Source of the DNA: Chiloscyllium plagiosum
Taxonomy: Eukaryota
Assembly: GCF_004010195.1 (NCBI RefSeq)
Contig: NC_057728.1
Span: 48,518,077 to 48,576,735 of the forward strand
Length of the DNA stretch: 58,659 nt
Direction of reading: 5' to 3'
The translations under genes were made by a program, and so were the position numbers. Within the stretch, counting starts at the first letter, position 1. Each line of letters opens with the position of its first letter. Shown here one piece after another: positions 37,388 through 51,742 of this stretch. The notes below the pieces were generated by a model. The model saw nothing but the letters and a program-made list of their open reading frames with translations, was not told the DNA's origin and searched no databases.

Positions 37388-37970
37388 ACCTTCCATCACT
37401 TTACTGATGATTGAGAGTAGACTGATGGAACTGTAATTGGCCAGGTTGGATTAGTCATGCCTTTTGTGTGCAGGACATACCTGGGTAATTTTCTACATTG
37501 TCAGGTGGATGCCAGTTTTATAGCTATACTGGAATAGCTTGGCGAGGTTCCCAGCAAATTCTGGAGCACACGTCTATAAGCCAATTGCTGGAATGGTGTC
37601 AAGATCCATAACCTGTGCACTACTCAGTGCTTCCAACCATTCTTTGATATCATGTGGAGAGAATTAGCTCAAGACCAATATTAAGACAATCACCTGATGA
37701 ATGAGCATCACTCTGAAAGCTAGTGTGCTTCCAATTAAACCTGTTGGACTATAACCTGGTGTTGTGTGATTTTTAATATTTTTAACGCTGGGAACCTCTG
37801 GAGGAGGCTAAGATGAATCATCTGCTCAGCACTTATAGTTACAAATGATGCAGCACTCCTAATTTACACTACTATGCTGGGTTTCTCCATTGTTGAGGAT
37901 GAGATATTTATGGAGCCACGTCTTCCTCTGAGTTTCTTAATTGTCCATCACCAATCATGACTGGAAGTGG
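37388..37970 (-). mobile_element. Decayed CR1-group LINE RT fragment with a nested PLE family-C piece at 37691-37777
   Basis: Minus strand encodes PISLLSIISKVMEG-like RT sequence; the insert begins cacctgatgaatgagcatcactctgaaagctagtg. Confidence 0.7.
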
Positions 37971-38479
37971 CAGAAAGTGCTAACCATGTTCATAGTTGTG
38001 TATGATAACTACAGTCACAGAACTGGTTAAAATATTTTAATAGCAAGGAGGATGTGCCAGAAAACATTTTTTTTCAACTTACCCTTGGGCCATTTGAATT
38101 TCCCTGGGGACTCTCAAATTATTTAATGACTGCTGACAATTAAGATGTGTTCCCTTATGTTTTATTTTAAATAAATGAACCAACTTTATGGAATAAGTGC
38201 TGACACCCAGCAAATTCCAAAGTTTACATATCTAATTCCATTGTCATATAATTACATTTTTTCAATTACCTTTAAGGCAGAAATGGTCTAATTGACTAAA
38301 CTATTAATATGAAAGACGCAAGGGAGAGAATGGCAAGATATATGTTTATTCAGAAGACTTTGTAAGTATCTTCCCCAAATGATATCAATAGCTTAGACTG
38401 ATACCAACAAGAAGGATTGGTGACAGCAAAAATATCCAGTGCATTCAGATGGCTCAGGTAAATGACCTTGACAACATAA

Positions 38480-39490
38480 CTCCATAGGACCTTGAGATAT
38501 GGGAGCAGAATTAGACTATTTGGCCAGTCGTGCAAACTTCACCATTCAATTATGGTTGATAATATTCTCAACATCATGTTCCTATCTTCTCCCCATAACC
38601 CTTGTTCCCTTACTAAGATCCTTGTCTTAGATATACTCAATGACCTGGCCTCCACAACCTTCTATGACAATGAATTCCACAGATTCACTACCCTCTGGCT
38701 GAAGAAATTCCTCCTCATCCCGGTTAGATTACTTACAGTGTGGAAACAGGCCCTTCAGCCCAACAAGTCCACACCAGCCCTCCAAAGAGCAACCCACCCA
38801 GACCCATTCCCCTACATTTACCCCTTCACCTAACACTACGGGCAATTTAGCATGGCCAATTCACCTAACCTGCACATTTTTGGATTGTGGGAGGAAACCG
38901 GAGCACCCGGAGGAAACCCATGCAGACACGGGAGAGAATGTGCAAACTCCACACAGACAGTTGCCTGAGCCGGGAATTGAACCCAGGTCTCTGGCGCTAT
39001 GAGGCAGCAGTGCTAACCACTGTGCCGCCCACTAAAGATTCTAAAGGGTTGTTCCCTTCACTCTGAGGCTGTGCCCTTGGGTCCTTGTCTCTCCTACTGG
39101 TGGAAACATCTTTTCCAGTTCCATTCTTTGCAGGCCTCTCAATATACGTGTCCCCTCATCCTTCTACACTCCATTGACTACAGACCCAACTGCTCTTATG
39201 ACATGCTCTTCATCCCCTGAGGTCATTCTTGTTGAACCCCTTTTGAACTCCCTCTAATGTCAGCACATCCCTCCTTAGATAAAGGGCCCATAATTGCTCA
39301 CAGTGTTCCAAATGCAATCTGACCAGAGCCTTATACAGCCTCCTAAGTACACCTCGTAATTCTAGCCCTCTCAAAGTGCACGCTAACATTGCATTTACCT
39401 TCCAAACTGAAAAATGAACCTGCATGTTAACCCTGAGAGAATCCTGAACTCTCAGTGCCTTTGTGCTTCAGATTTCTGAAACCTTACCCC
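38480..39490 (-). mobile_element. CR1 LINE 3' fragment interrupted by a SINE
   Basis: LYKALVRLHLEHCEQLWALYLRRDV; the 3' tail resembles 46900-47033. Confidence 0.85.
38724..39031 (-). mobile_element. HE1-like V-SINE
   Basis: Reverse complement of the 50773-51086 type sequence. Confidence 0.9.
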
Positions 39491-41539
39491 TTTGGTCCAC
39501 AATGATTTCATTGGTGATGCATGACTTATTCACAAAAGACCAAACATTTTGCAGGAAAGTGCAGAGAGAGGTGCTAATCTTATGTTTGGTGGCATTCACA
39601 ACCTTAGCATTGGGAAGGCTGAGGTTGTTGGGAGGAAATTGGGCTGATTAGCCATCAATGGGTCCGCTGGGGAGGAAGGTTGGTGAGAGTGTAATTAGGG
39701 TAGCTGATTGTAAGGAGGCAGCAATGAATGTTTCATTAGGCTCTTTTAAGAATGGCAAGAGGGCTACAGAGGATGGTACAGGTTTATCTAAGAGGAAGGT
39801 ATAGGTTTATCTAAGAGGAAGTTAACCTGAGATAGCAGGTTGATGAGTATGTTGGGTTTTGGATTTGAGCGAGCAGAACACCTGAAAGGCATGCAACATA
39901 ATGTCCCTGCTACAAATGAAAACCTTTATAATAAAATATTGTATGACAATGTTTTTACATGGATTAAATCTGTCAGACAGAGCTTTGAAATATAACTAAT
40001 AAATAAAAAGGTTCTAGAATTTGCAAAAACACCAATGCTATAGTTTATACATGAACATACATTTAAATTAATCAAGGAGTAATTACCCATCGAAATTGTC
40101 AGTAAAACTGAAACTAAATGATTAACTTCAGGCTACATGCTAACTGAAGACCATAAAAATAGCTTTTTATCTTCCTGATCATTACACTAATTGTTTTCTA
40201 GCGGTTATACTTCGTTGTGACATCTCCTTATGATTTCAAAACAATACTTAAAAACAATGTATAATAGTAAAGAAGAATACTTAAATCCAGCAGTTATAGA
40301 TTGGAAAAATGTTTTATGGAAAGAAATAAACCATAAAGCAACACCAATCTAGCCTCCCTGCAGGTTAGATATCCTTGTTATTCGTTACTTGTGGTACTAG
40401 TCAAGATTTCTGGAGTTACTAGCTAGCAACTGCCTTAACATTCATTTCAAAATAATATTTCTGTGACATAAATCACCACAAGGTTCTGTGTGAGATAACA
40501 GTTCCAGAGGGACAAGAAAGTATTTGATTTAATCCTGAGTCACTTTTCATCCACCTAAGTCTATTTTCCTTCCACCACCACACCATCTGAATAGAAAGTA
40601 AACTTGGAATGCATGCTAAATGTGTGATAATTTTTTCCCTTCCCTTCATAATCGCAGAGCTCTGTGACAATGTGTAACAGACAATATGTCACACTTGTGG
40701 CATTCAAGTTATCTTCACTTGATCTGTTCATCTTTATCTTGATTTGCCACATTGTCTTATTTGTCCTACAAGGTTTATCAATTGTTATAACTTAAATATA
40801 AAATTTAATTATATAGGAATTCCAAGTTTATCTTGGAGTCACTCTTGTCAGCTGATTGGCTTACGTTTGATGATGAGACCATAGAGCCCACTATCTAGCC
40901 AAACGAAAACCGAATCTGGGACATTCATATCTTCCAGATATATTTTTCCAATTCTTGTATTGTCAGATTGAGAAAATAATCTTGTAAGTTAAGGGCAACC
41001 ATTATTCTGCCCTATTTTATAGCAAATGGACATTCCAAGCATCAAATCTGATCAAACTTAGTTAATTGAATCAGGACAATTCACCTTCATGTTATCGTGC
41101 AAAATAACTCAATTATTAATTCTCTATCTACTTCTATTTAGGACTATTATAATGGATAGGATCTAATTTTGTATGTTGAAATGTTACATGACTAGTCTGT
41201 GAGAGAACTCTTTCAACTAAAGTAAGGAGGTTCACAGGATCAACCGGGATGAGATTATCTTAATCTTAGCTTCATACAATGCTTAACTCATTGCCAAAGG
41301 GATTGTCCAATTTTATTACCAAACTTTGGAATGATTGTTCACAACTGAGGTTGTCTCTTCGGCCACTTTATAAATCTGTAAGAGTCAACCATGTCATGTA
41401 GGATTGGAGTCAGATGAAGACCAGACTAGATAAGGGGCGGCAGGATATTTGTGAACTGTGTGCCTTCCTGCACCAATTTCTTTGTGGTTATCTTGCTGAT
41501 ATTAACCTGCAGATTACCAAATTGGCACAATGGGATTTA

Positions 41540-41667
41540 ATCATCAGGAAAATGAAGGGCTTATGCCCGAAACGTCGACTCTCCTGCTCCTCGGATGCTG
41601 CCTGACAGCTGTGCTTTTGCAGCACCACACTCTTCGACTCTGATCTCCAGCATCTGCAGTCCTCACA
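41540..41667 (+). mobile_element. PLE family-A terminal fragment
   Basis: atgaagggcttatgcccgaaacgtcgactctcc...ctgcagtcctcac. Confidence 0.85.
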
Positions 41668-43277
41668 GTGGGTTTTGATGTCCAAAATTCAGGCAGCTTG
41701 GTGAGTACAATAGCTTTGGGATTTCTGTTTCTTAATCAAAATTCTTAATTACCTTCCTGCAAACTAAACTCTGGAACTTGGCCGTGGCATACACTCAAAG
41801 TTTTACAAAACCTGACTTTGTGGTCTTTTCTGAATGTGTTAAAGGAGGTCTGTCAAACAACTTCTGGGAAACCAGCCTAAAACCAGGTATTTATTATCAC
41901 TGAGGCAAGCCAACAAATTGCTCAATGTCCACATATTTATGCAAAACAAAACTCAACACACTTACAAAAATTATGGAGACATAATTTACTTGGAAAGAAA
42001 AAAAGAAATTTTGCTTAACTTTTTTTAAAACAAATGCTGTACTTAATTGTAAATGTATGGGAATAAAAGTTATGAATTCAAGGTACGGATTTGCTTCCAG
42101 CTAGTTGCTCAGTCGACACTTAACTAGGAAAGCTTTTCTGCCAGTTAGGACTGTGTCTTGAAACTGGGAACTGTATGAAACATCAAAAGAATGGTTCTAG
42201 ACCCTAGAAGCAGAAGGAGTCCAGGCACAATTGCACCCATGTACAAAGTCTGCATCCCAAATTGGGCAAATGTGAATGTGGAGGCAGGTTACTCTAAAAC
42301 ACTGCAAGTGATTTATATCACATGCCACTTGTATTATACAGTGGAAAGTTCTCCATGAAAAGTAATAAACTATTGGAATATTTGAAAACAATAGAAGAAC
42401 TGAACAGACAGCTTCCAAAGCTCGTCTTAAAAGAAAGCAAACATAATCATTCATTTTAATATATTTCAGCTTTATTATTTTGTATTTTCATTCATATTTT
42501 GCAGAATACTTCGTTCAGTTTTGACCCCTTCTACCTGCAGATTCTTTAAACATTGGCTGACAGTAAATACGAGTAGGAATGTTCCTGAAATAGCTGGACA
42601 CCCATGGTCTGGAAAAGAACAAGACAACACATAAAGTTGATCTATGAATATACATAATTATATACGTAAATGGATATTCACTAAAACTGAATAGTCAAAC
42701 TAGTTGCTCCCTATAGAAAAAGTAGCCTTTGAAAAATATTTATTTTAAGCACAAGTACTGTATTATGATTTAATATATAACCAGTAAACTGTTGATATAA
42801 AATATTTGAAATATCACTGTCACAATTAGCAGCAACTATTCAATCTCTTAATTATCAACCCAACCTTATTTACTCAGTGTATCTGAACATATGACTTGAA
42901 TAAAAATCCAAAACCACTGTATATGTAATGAGCAGATCCTGCCCGACATTGCTAACGGCAAGTCAGAACATACACTTAAATAGATGTTATAGCAAGTAAT
43001 GTACGAAAGTGCACACAATGCATTATTTGTATCGAATGTACTGTAGTATTGCCCAAGGACAGAAATATGTTTCTCTTCCAATAATTGCCTCTCTGCTTCT
43101 TCAATGCTTTAATTTCTTAAGTACTCCTGTGCCTTTATACTTACTTCAATTCCTTACTCTTTCACTTATTGTGTGTCTGTTACAACTGTAATTTAATGTG
43201 CTGCTTGCATTTCCAGTTGTATCCAACTTTTTGTTGGAGGCTTCTTCTCTCTTCTTTAATATATTTTTATTAGTTAA

Positions 43278-43830
43278 AAACATAGAACAGTACAGCACAG
43301 TACAGGCCATTCGACCCTCAATGTTGTGCCAGCCTTTTATCCGACTCGAAAATCAGACTAACCTACACACCCTTCATATATTATCATCCATGTGCCTATC
43401 CAGGCATCACTTAAATGTTCCCAATATCTCTGACTTTACCACCACTGCCAGCAGCACATTCCACACACCCACCACTCTCTGTGTGTAGAACCTACCTCTG
43501 ACATCTCTCCTAAACCTTCCTCCCTTGTGATAGACATTTCCACCATGGGAAAATGTCTCTAGCTATCCACTCTATCTATGCCTGTCAATATCTTGTACAC
43601 CTCTATCAAGTCACCTCTCATCCTTCTTCCCTCCAGTGAGAAAAGCCCTAACTCCCTCCAGTCCAGACAGTATCCTGGTAAATCTCCTCTGCACACTCTC
43701 TAAAGCTTCCACATCTTTCCTATAATGAGGTGACCAGAACCGAACACAATATTCCAAGTGTGGTCTAATCAGTACTCTATAGCGCTGCAGCATAACCTTG
43801 CAGCTCTTAAACTCAATCCCCCTGCTAATG
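43278..43830 (-). mobile_element. CR1 LINE 3' fragment
   Basis: LIRPHLEYCVRFWSPHYRKDVEALESVQRRFTR. Confidence 0.88.
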
Positions 43831-44589
43831 AATTTCTTATTTCATTTATTATGTATTCATTATAAAATTCCCAATTTTATTATAGGTCAAGGCATTCACT
43901 TATCTACCAGTCAATATTTGTTGGGATCAGGAGGGGGACAGAAAATAGTTGACAGCAAGTGTTATTTCCTCCACTACATTTCCCAGCATTGAGATATTCA
44001 AAATGGTAGCTAAAGGGATTTCCAAGATCAGTTTGCCACATGCTCTTTTCCACTTCTCTTTATGTTGGAAACTTTGGTTCATTATTCATTGGTGGTTTTC
44101 ATATTGCTTTGCCTATTTCCAAATGGTATGGTTTTCACCTGTTTAGTTTAATTTATTACTGTTTTATAAATATATGTACTCAATAAAATGCAAAAGTCCT
44201 GCAACATTTTATAACAGAAAATAAGCAGAATCTCTGAAACATGATGCCTGAATTTGACAGATAAAAATATGTGCAAGGCACAATTCTCTGTTGTCTCCAA
44301 AACACTGACAATGCAATTCACATAGCCCAGACAATTTGACTTGTTTACATTTAGATCTTTCACAAACTGATTGAAAATTTATTATTGTTGGCTGCTATCA
44401 TCAACTCCACTCTCCATTGACTCTAGTTGCAGTAACTCACTCAAGCTGTGTGAATCCTTGACAACTTTCATTTATGCAGTGCATTTAATTTGGAAACAAC
44501 CCAAAGTGTGGGAAACACGCCAAGGTATTTTAAAGATAGGAGGTGAAAAAAATCACAAATGAGTATATACTAACCAGTGGGGAGGAAGT

Positions 44590-45470
44590 GTAAATTACAA
44601 ATTAAATTTTGATGAAAAATAGATATTGAGAAGACTTTAAAGGCTGAGCAATGAGCAGAGATGTGGTGAAGTTTAGGAAAACAGTTCTTGTGAGTTGTGC
44701 TAAAATAGTTGAAGGCTCTCTCACCAGCAGTGGATTGGAAGAAAATGGTTCAGAGTCTGAACAGGACACAAGACTGTATCTTGCCTCACTCTCTGGCCTT
44801 AGTTGAACCTCCTAGTGGTTAGCAAAGAGTTAGTCTGTCCTTGATTTTTCAGCATTTTTAATTGTGTACTGTGGTGATACCCTTATTTGAATCAACTTCA
44901 ACATCCTGTTGTAGATAGTTCATCTATTGGAATCTCAATAACATCTACTCAGGAATACTCTGAGACTTTTCCTTGTCCTTTATTACTCCTTCATTACATC
45001 CTGGTGACAACCAGCTCTGCTTCTCACTGACCAATGCCATTCTGTCAGATATCTAGTCACATTAGAATTAGAATTTATTCCAATTTATCAGCAAGGTAAT
45101 AACAACCCTCTCCAAGGCTTGCTTATGCTGAATCTGACAATGAACAATTTTTGCTTTTTAATGGACTCTGAACTAAGCTTCAGCTCAGTTTTCTGAACCA
45201 TCATTAAGTTATATTTTTAATAGTGTAACATTATTCATTCCAAATCCAATCTCTGGGCACTGAAACACATGATTATCTGCTCTAGGCACTGCCTCTCCAA
45301 TGTTTACCTCAGTAGCATCCTGATTTACACCGAGCAAAACTGCCTTTAACTGATTGCATCCTTCCCTCCTAGGTCTTTACTATCTTATTACCAGTCTTTA
45401 CCAATGCAAACAATTTCTATTTATAGATCACCCACTGGTTTCATGCACTCCACTTCTTCAACCTCCTCAG
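44590..45470. mobile_element. Probable ancient L2-like LINE remnants
   Basis: Weak resemblance to L2 3' regions, recognised by eye only. Confidence 0.35.
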
Positions 45471-45477
45471 TCTTACA

Positions 45478-47033
45478 GTCTGAAGGAAATAGCTAAAGAA
45501 ATAGTGGAGGCATTAGTGGTGATCTTTCAAGAATTACTGAAAGTCAGGGCGGGTCCCAGAGGATTGAAAAATCACTAATGCAACCCCCCTGTTTAAGAAG
45601 GGATTAAGGCAAAAAGTGGGAAATTATATGCCGATTAGCCAGACCTCGGTCATTGGAGTCCTTTGTGAAGGATCAGATTTCTGAATACTCAGAAGTGCAT
45701 GGTAAAATGGGGCAAAGTCAACGTGGTTTCATCAAGGGGAGGTCATGCCTGACAAGTACGTTAGAATTCTTTGAAGAGGTAATGGGCAGGTTAGACCAAG
45801 GAGAGCCAATGGATGTTATCTACCTGGACTTCCAGAAGGCCTTTGACAAGGTACCGCACAGGAGGCTGCTGAGTAAGATGAGGGTCCATGGTGTTAGAGG
45901 CTAAGTACTAGCATGGATAGAAGATTGGCTGTCTGGCAGAAAGGAGTGAGTATGGATACAAGCGACCTTCTCAGGATGGCAGCCTGTGACTAGTGGTGTT
46001 CTACAAGGGTTAGTGTTGGGACCACAACTTTTCACTTTATACATTAATGGTCTAAATGAAGGAACTGAGGGCATTCTGGCTAAGTTTGCAGATGATACAA
46101 AGATAGGTGGAGAAACAGATAGTATTGAGGAGGCAAGGAGACTGCAGAAGGATTTGAACAGATTAGGAGAGTAGGCAAATGGATTACAACGTGGGAAAGT
46201 GTGAGGTCATGCACATAGGTAGGAAAAATAGAGGCATAGACTATTTTCTAAATGGGGAGAAAATTCAGAAATCCAAAGTGCAAAGGGACTAATCCAAGAT
46301 TTGCTTAAAGTAAACTTGCAGATTGAGTCAGTAGTTAGGAAGGCAAATATAATGTTGGTATCTATTGCAAGAGGACTAGAATATAAAAGCAGCAATGTAC
46401 TTCTGAGGCTTTATAAGGCTCTGGTCAGACCACATTTAGAGTATTGCAAACAGTTTTGGCCTCCATACCTTCAGAAGGATGTACTGGCCCTGGAGCAGGT
46501 CCAGAGGAGGTTCACGAGAATGATCCCTGGAATACAAGGCTTAACATTTGAGGAGAAAGTGAGGACTGCAGATGCTGGAGACCAGAGTTGAAAACTTAAC
46601 ATTTCAACTTAACATTTGAGTATTCAATGGAGTTTAGAAGGAAGGGGGGTGGGATCTAACTGAAGCTTACAGAATGCTTAATGGCCTGGACAAAGTGAAC
46701 ATTGGGAAGATGTTTCCATTGGCAGGGGAGAGTAGGAGCTGAGGGCACAGCCATAGCGTAAAGCGAAGACCCTTTAGATTGGAGATGAAGAGAAACCTCT
46801 TCAGACAGAGAGTGGTGAATCTATGGAATTCACTGCCACAGAAGGCTGCGGAGGTCAGGTCATTCAGTATATTTAAGATGGAGACAAATAGGCTCTTCAT
46901 TGTGAAGAGGATCAAGTGTTACGGGGAGAAAGCGAGAGAATGGGGTTGAGAAATTTATTAGCCATAATTGAATGGCAGAGCAGACTCAATGAGCCAAATG
47001 GCCTAATTTCTGCTCCTATGTCTTATGGTCTTA
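45478..47033 (+). mobile_element. CR1 LINE (RT region) with a ~45-bp PLE tail insert at ~46551-46594
   Basis: SQRGFIKGRSCLT, YLDFQKAFDKVPH, AKFADDTKIGG, LYKALVRPHLEYC; the insert is flanked by repeated cttaacattt. Confidence 0.93.
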
Positions 47034-48993
47034 CACTCTGATCCCTTCAAATTCTGTCATTACTTGCTTGTTCTGTTAATTTGAGTTAAGTAGATAAGTT
47101 TGATAATTTGCATGTGTGATGTTGTAACTGACATATGCATTCATATAGACAATAGAAGCACATTAAAAGTTTTGATTCAAGGGTGTATTTTCCATAAAAT
47201 GCATGTGCTAGGCCATATTTAGTATGATAGTTCCTTCTTCTGAATTCTATTCTTATGAGTAATTATTAGTTATGATTTATTCCATTCCAATCCAGGAACC
47301 TTCAGTATGTTTTATTAATGTTTCCGTCACACATTATCAAAGCAATGCTAGTTTAAGTATTACAAAGCAGAATTGCCTTAGCAAAACTGACTCACACGAT
47401 ATTCATTAGTGATATGATGTATATTTAAACTTCAGAATATTCACTCAAGAATCCAAAAACATTAATCTTGTCTCTGATTATCTAATCACTACTGAGCAGA
47501 AAATAAAATGAGTAACAATATTACTGATATTCGTTGATTTAGAAAACCTGTTATTCCATTGGAATAATTTATGGAGCAAATAAATGAGCTTGGTATTTGT
47601 GATGTTCAAGAATGTTTTCATGGGCACCTACATCTTATAGTGTAAAGTGAATTAAGCAGAGTAGAATGTCTGCAATCTGTAGATATAAATATGTGATCAA
47701 CCTGAAACTAACTTATCTCATATACCAGACTTTAGAAGCACAGGCAGATTGGAGATACAATGTCTGTAAACCTTAAGTTTGTAATTTCAGGAATAATGGG
47801 CTAAATTTTACTGTCAAATTGTCAGTCAGGATAAAGATGCTTGCCATTATTTAAGCATAAATGATCCATCAGGTTGAGATGAGAATTGGATTTGTGATTA
47901 AATGTCGATATGCAAAGGCTGCTGTCCAAGCACCACTTCACCATTAACTTCACAGAAATTGCATCTTGCCTCTTTCACCATTGGCTTGCATTGACTGTCT
48001 CAAAATTGTTGAAATTGCACTTTAAATTTAAATAAATGCATCACAAACAGTAAATGGTTGTCACTGCAACCATGACTACCCCTTCCGTAATGTAATTGTT
48101 CATTAATACCAATACTAAAATACCAGAAAACTAATACTAAAAAATGTGCAAGTGTGAAGTCTCAATCTTGTGGATATTTGTTTTTGTTAGAAATTTTTAA
48201 AATGTCAAATTTAATTTATACAAGGAGTTTTATTTTTCCTTTTTTTCTCCATCCAAACTTAATTTTCCTTCTGTTTATTTATTTTACTGTAGATGATTTG
48301 ACATTGCATTCTCATATCCTAAGTTACACTTGCTTCTCAGTTCCTACACTGCTAACTTCCCAATCATTAATTCATTGATTGAGGTGATGCACAATTGCTT
48401 ACCCTAGTTGACTCAGGTCAAATCTGACCAATTTCTTACCAATAACCATTATCAGTTCACACTTTAACTTATGACACAAAAAATATTAAAACCTTAATGT
48501 CTGTGAACAAGTTTACCTAATATCATGTGCCATTGGATGCCCTGCTACAGCAGAAACTGGACCTTTGAAGATTAAGCAATATGTCATTTAATTAGTGCTG
48601 CTACACCAGTTATCTACCTTGATTTGAATAGAACTGACTGATAAATAGAAAAATGACAGGCCCAAAAAAGATATCATGTTGCATCAATTAGATATCTTAA
48701 ACAGATTGCAATATTGATAGAAATTATCTGAACTCATTTTGACTTCATGAAGACTGTTCTGTTTTAATAAATTTTCAAAGAATATGGCAGGGCCAATCAT
48801 TTATTTGCACGTTTTATTTGGAGGCAAGCAAAACTGTAGTTGTCTTCTTGAAAAATAAATAAGCATTATTTATACTCCTGTGAGATTGTTTACATGTATG
48901 AGTTTTTTATGGCAGTGAGAATTCAACAGTAAATAGAAGCATTACTAGCTACAATAAAGTAGGCATTTCAGTAAGTTGTCATCACCAAACACT

Positions 48994-49039
48994 TCACAAA
49001 GGTTGTGCCACATACTGGTAACGTTCAGTCGTAAAACTG
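48994..49039 (-). CDS. Predicted last coding exon of an uncharacterised 77-aa protein: (N)SFTTERYQYVAQPL*
   Basis: Acceptor ccctaattttctgtag with a branch-point-like ctaat; 83-nt intron; phase 2 matches the preceding exon. Minus-strand AATAAA at ~48800-48818. Confidence 0.5.
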
Positions 49040-49122
49040 CTACAGAAAATTAGGGTCGATATTTATTTGAATTATATAATTTATTTTCGGAGTTTGTCTT
49101 CACAGTCAGAAGAAAACCTTAC

Positions 49123-49265
49123 TTGCTGATGCGTTGGTTCAGTGTGATATAATGGAAATTTCTCCATCTGTCTTGATTTTCTTCTTTGCGTTTCCTAATT
49201 ATAGCCTCCTGTCGCTCCCATTCCTTCCTCCCTTTTTCTTGGATCTCCTTCTCAAACTGAGCTAG
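49123..49265 (-). CDS. Predicted internal exon: LAQFEKEIQEKGRKEWERQEAIIRKRKEENQDRWRNFHYITLNQRIS
   Basis: Acceptor ccacctttccacag, donor AA|gtaagg, 143 nt open in phase 0 to phase 2, charged helical composition, non-repetitive. Confidence 0.72.
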
Positions 49266-50234
49266 CTGTGGAAAGGTGGATCATTAATCTTTAGTGCTAG
49301 CTGAGATAAGGTGTGACCATATTTCACCTGACAGCTCTACAGTAGATAAATTGCTACCATGACAATGATTTATTAGTTGGAATCTGAACCATGTCTCAGT
49401 GCAGCCTCATACATCAGAGAATACCGCTGTGCAACAAACATGCATAATCCAGAAGCACAGGGGCATCAGAGAAGGACATCAAAAATAGTCACCTACATCT
49501 TGTTAATTACAGTATTAAATATAAATAGGTTGTTAGTCCAGAGTTTTAGCGTTCTTTGGTTTAATTTATATAACACACAGTTAGGTCATGGGTTTGTGAC
49601 ACGATTTAATTATTCTGCTTTCTTAAATAAAAAATTTAATATCCAGTGGGTAACTTAAAAATACCCACATGCAAAATCCAGCTGAGAATTTAATAGTTCA
49701 TCTCCTGAGAACTGTATCTAACTTTGCAATGGCAGAATAAATTGGCATTGTTGAGTCAACAATAGTCCATTCCTTTTAATATCTACAAGTGAAATAAAAA
49801 TTAAAGCCTTCTGAAGGGAAATAAACAATCCAAAGTTATTGAGTCAATGTGAAAATAGAAATAAATATAATAAGCAAAGACCAACTAGTCACCAAGCCTA
49901 ATCCCCAAATATTCTGAAAAGAAAGATTAGAAATATGCATTCTGATTCCCAACATTGATCATGTGAATTCATAGATCTTCACAACTGCTCCATTACAGAA
50001 TACCAATCTGCTACTCTTTCTTCTGCTTCATCTGGCCAAGGGCTGTTGTGTCCTATAATATATCTAGGGGCTTCTGATTCCTGTCATGTTTCAACTAGAA
50101 GTTAATCAATTACTTTTTAACTGTCTAACTAACTTTCATTTCTGAATTCTTTACTTCTCTTCCTAAATGTTTCTTTTCAGATCTGATGATGTACTTTCCG
50201 TTATATCTATTATGTATTTTGGTCTCCATACAGA

Positions 50235-51605
50235 AACTAGGAGCAGGAAATGTTTCTTCACCCAAAGGGGTAGTGAACCTGTGGGATTCACTACCACAGA
50301 AGTCACTGAACATACTCAAGAAAGGGATAGATATATTTCTAGATTCTAAAGACATGAAGGGGTATGGAGAGAAAATGGAAATATGGTATAAAGGAGTAGG
50401 AGTAGGTTTTTCAGCCCTTTGAATCTACTCTGCTGTTCAGTATGATCATGGCTGATCTTCTACCTCAATGCCCGTATTCCTGCATTCTCTACATCTCCCT
50501 TGATGCCATTAAAACTTAGAAATATATCTATCTCTTTCTTGAATATGTTCAGTGACTTGACCTCCACAACCTTCTGAGATAATGAACCCCATAACCCTTT
50601 GGGTGATGAAAAATTTCCTCCTCTCAATCTTAAGTGATCTACCCAGTATCCTGAGACTTTGTCCCATGCTTCTAGATTACTCAGTCAGGAAAACATCCTC
50701 CCCCTGCATCTTGTCAGTCCAGCCATGTTAAAAGTTTATATATTTCAATCAGATTCCCTTCTATCCTTCTAGGTGGGCGGCACGGTGGCACAGTGGTTAG
50801 CACTGCTGCCTCACAGCGCCAGAGACCCGGGTTCAATTCCCGCCTCAGGCAACTGACTATGTGGATTTTGCACATTGTCTGCGTGGGTTTCCTCCGGGTG
50901 CTCCCACAGTCCAAAAATGTGCAGGTCAGGTTAATTGGCCATGCTAAATTGCCCGTAGTGTTAGGTGCAGGGGTAAATGTAGGGGAATGGGTCTGGGTGG
51001 GTTGCGCTTCAGCGGGTCGGTGTGGACTTGTTGGGCCGAAGGGCCTGTTTCCACACTGTAAGTAATCTAATAATCTAATCTAATCTAAACTCTAATGGAT
51101 ACAAGCCCATTTGAACCAATTTCTCTTCCTTGGATAGTCCTGCTGCCCCAGTATCAGCCAAGTGAACCTACTGTATGAAAAGCATATCCTTTCTTAGTTA
51201 TGAAGACCAAAACTGTGTGGTGTCACCAAGGCCTTGTATAATTGTAGTAAAGCATCTCTACTTCTGAATTCAAATCTCTTGCGACCAAGACAAATATACC
51301 ATTTGCCTTCCGAATTGCTTGCTGCAGCTGCCTGTCTACTTGGATTGACGAGTACACAGGGACACCGGAACTCTTTGTACATCCACATTTACCAACATAT
51401 TGCCATTTAAATAATACTCTTTCTTTATGTATTTTACTGAGGTGTAAAACTTCACATTCATCAACTTTGTACTGCATCTGCCATGTGTTTGCCCACTCTC
51501 TCAACTTGTCTAAATCACCTTGAAGCCTTCTCGCCTCGTCCTCACAATTCACAATCCTGCCCAGTTTTGTATCATTAGCAAATTTAAGAATGTTGTATTT
51601 GGTTC
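50235..51605. mobile_element. Two CR1 fragments (plus ~50235-50390, minus ~50390-51605); the minus copy contains a SINE
   Basis: CFFTQRG/VVNLWDSLP on plus; LQGDLDKLREWANTWQM and LLQLYKALVTPH on minus. Confidence 0.85.
50773..51086 (+). mobile_element. Full-length HE1-like V-SINE
   Basis: A box tggcacagtgg, B box ggttcaattcc, V domain, (taatc)n tail. Confidence 0.92.
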
Positions 51606-51742
51606 CCTCATTATGTTAGAAAAAGTATATATGTTAGAAATAATTCAGTCTTGGAAAGGTTAGAGCTCTTTAACATTGCTTTAACACTGCTTGCCATCTG
51701 CCTGAAGAAGGCTCCCTTAGATTGGTTTCTATTACACATCAC

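Noticed and set aside
39780..39821. 19-bp direct duplication aggtttatctaagaggaag
   Set aside because: Simple local duplication with a 4-bp spacer; no evidence of function.
40473..42540. Several minus-strand AG/GT-bounded segments as further exons of the small gene
   Set aside because: Phases or stops do not build a convincing continuation, and none has supporting composition.
50773..50845. tRNA gene
   Set aside because: The A and B boxes belong to the head of a V-SINE that continues into the V domain and tail.
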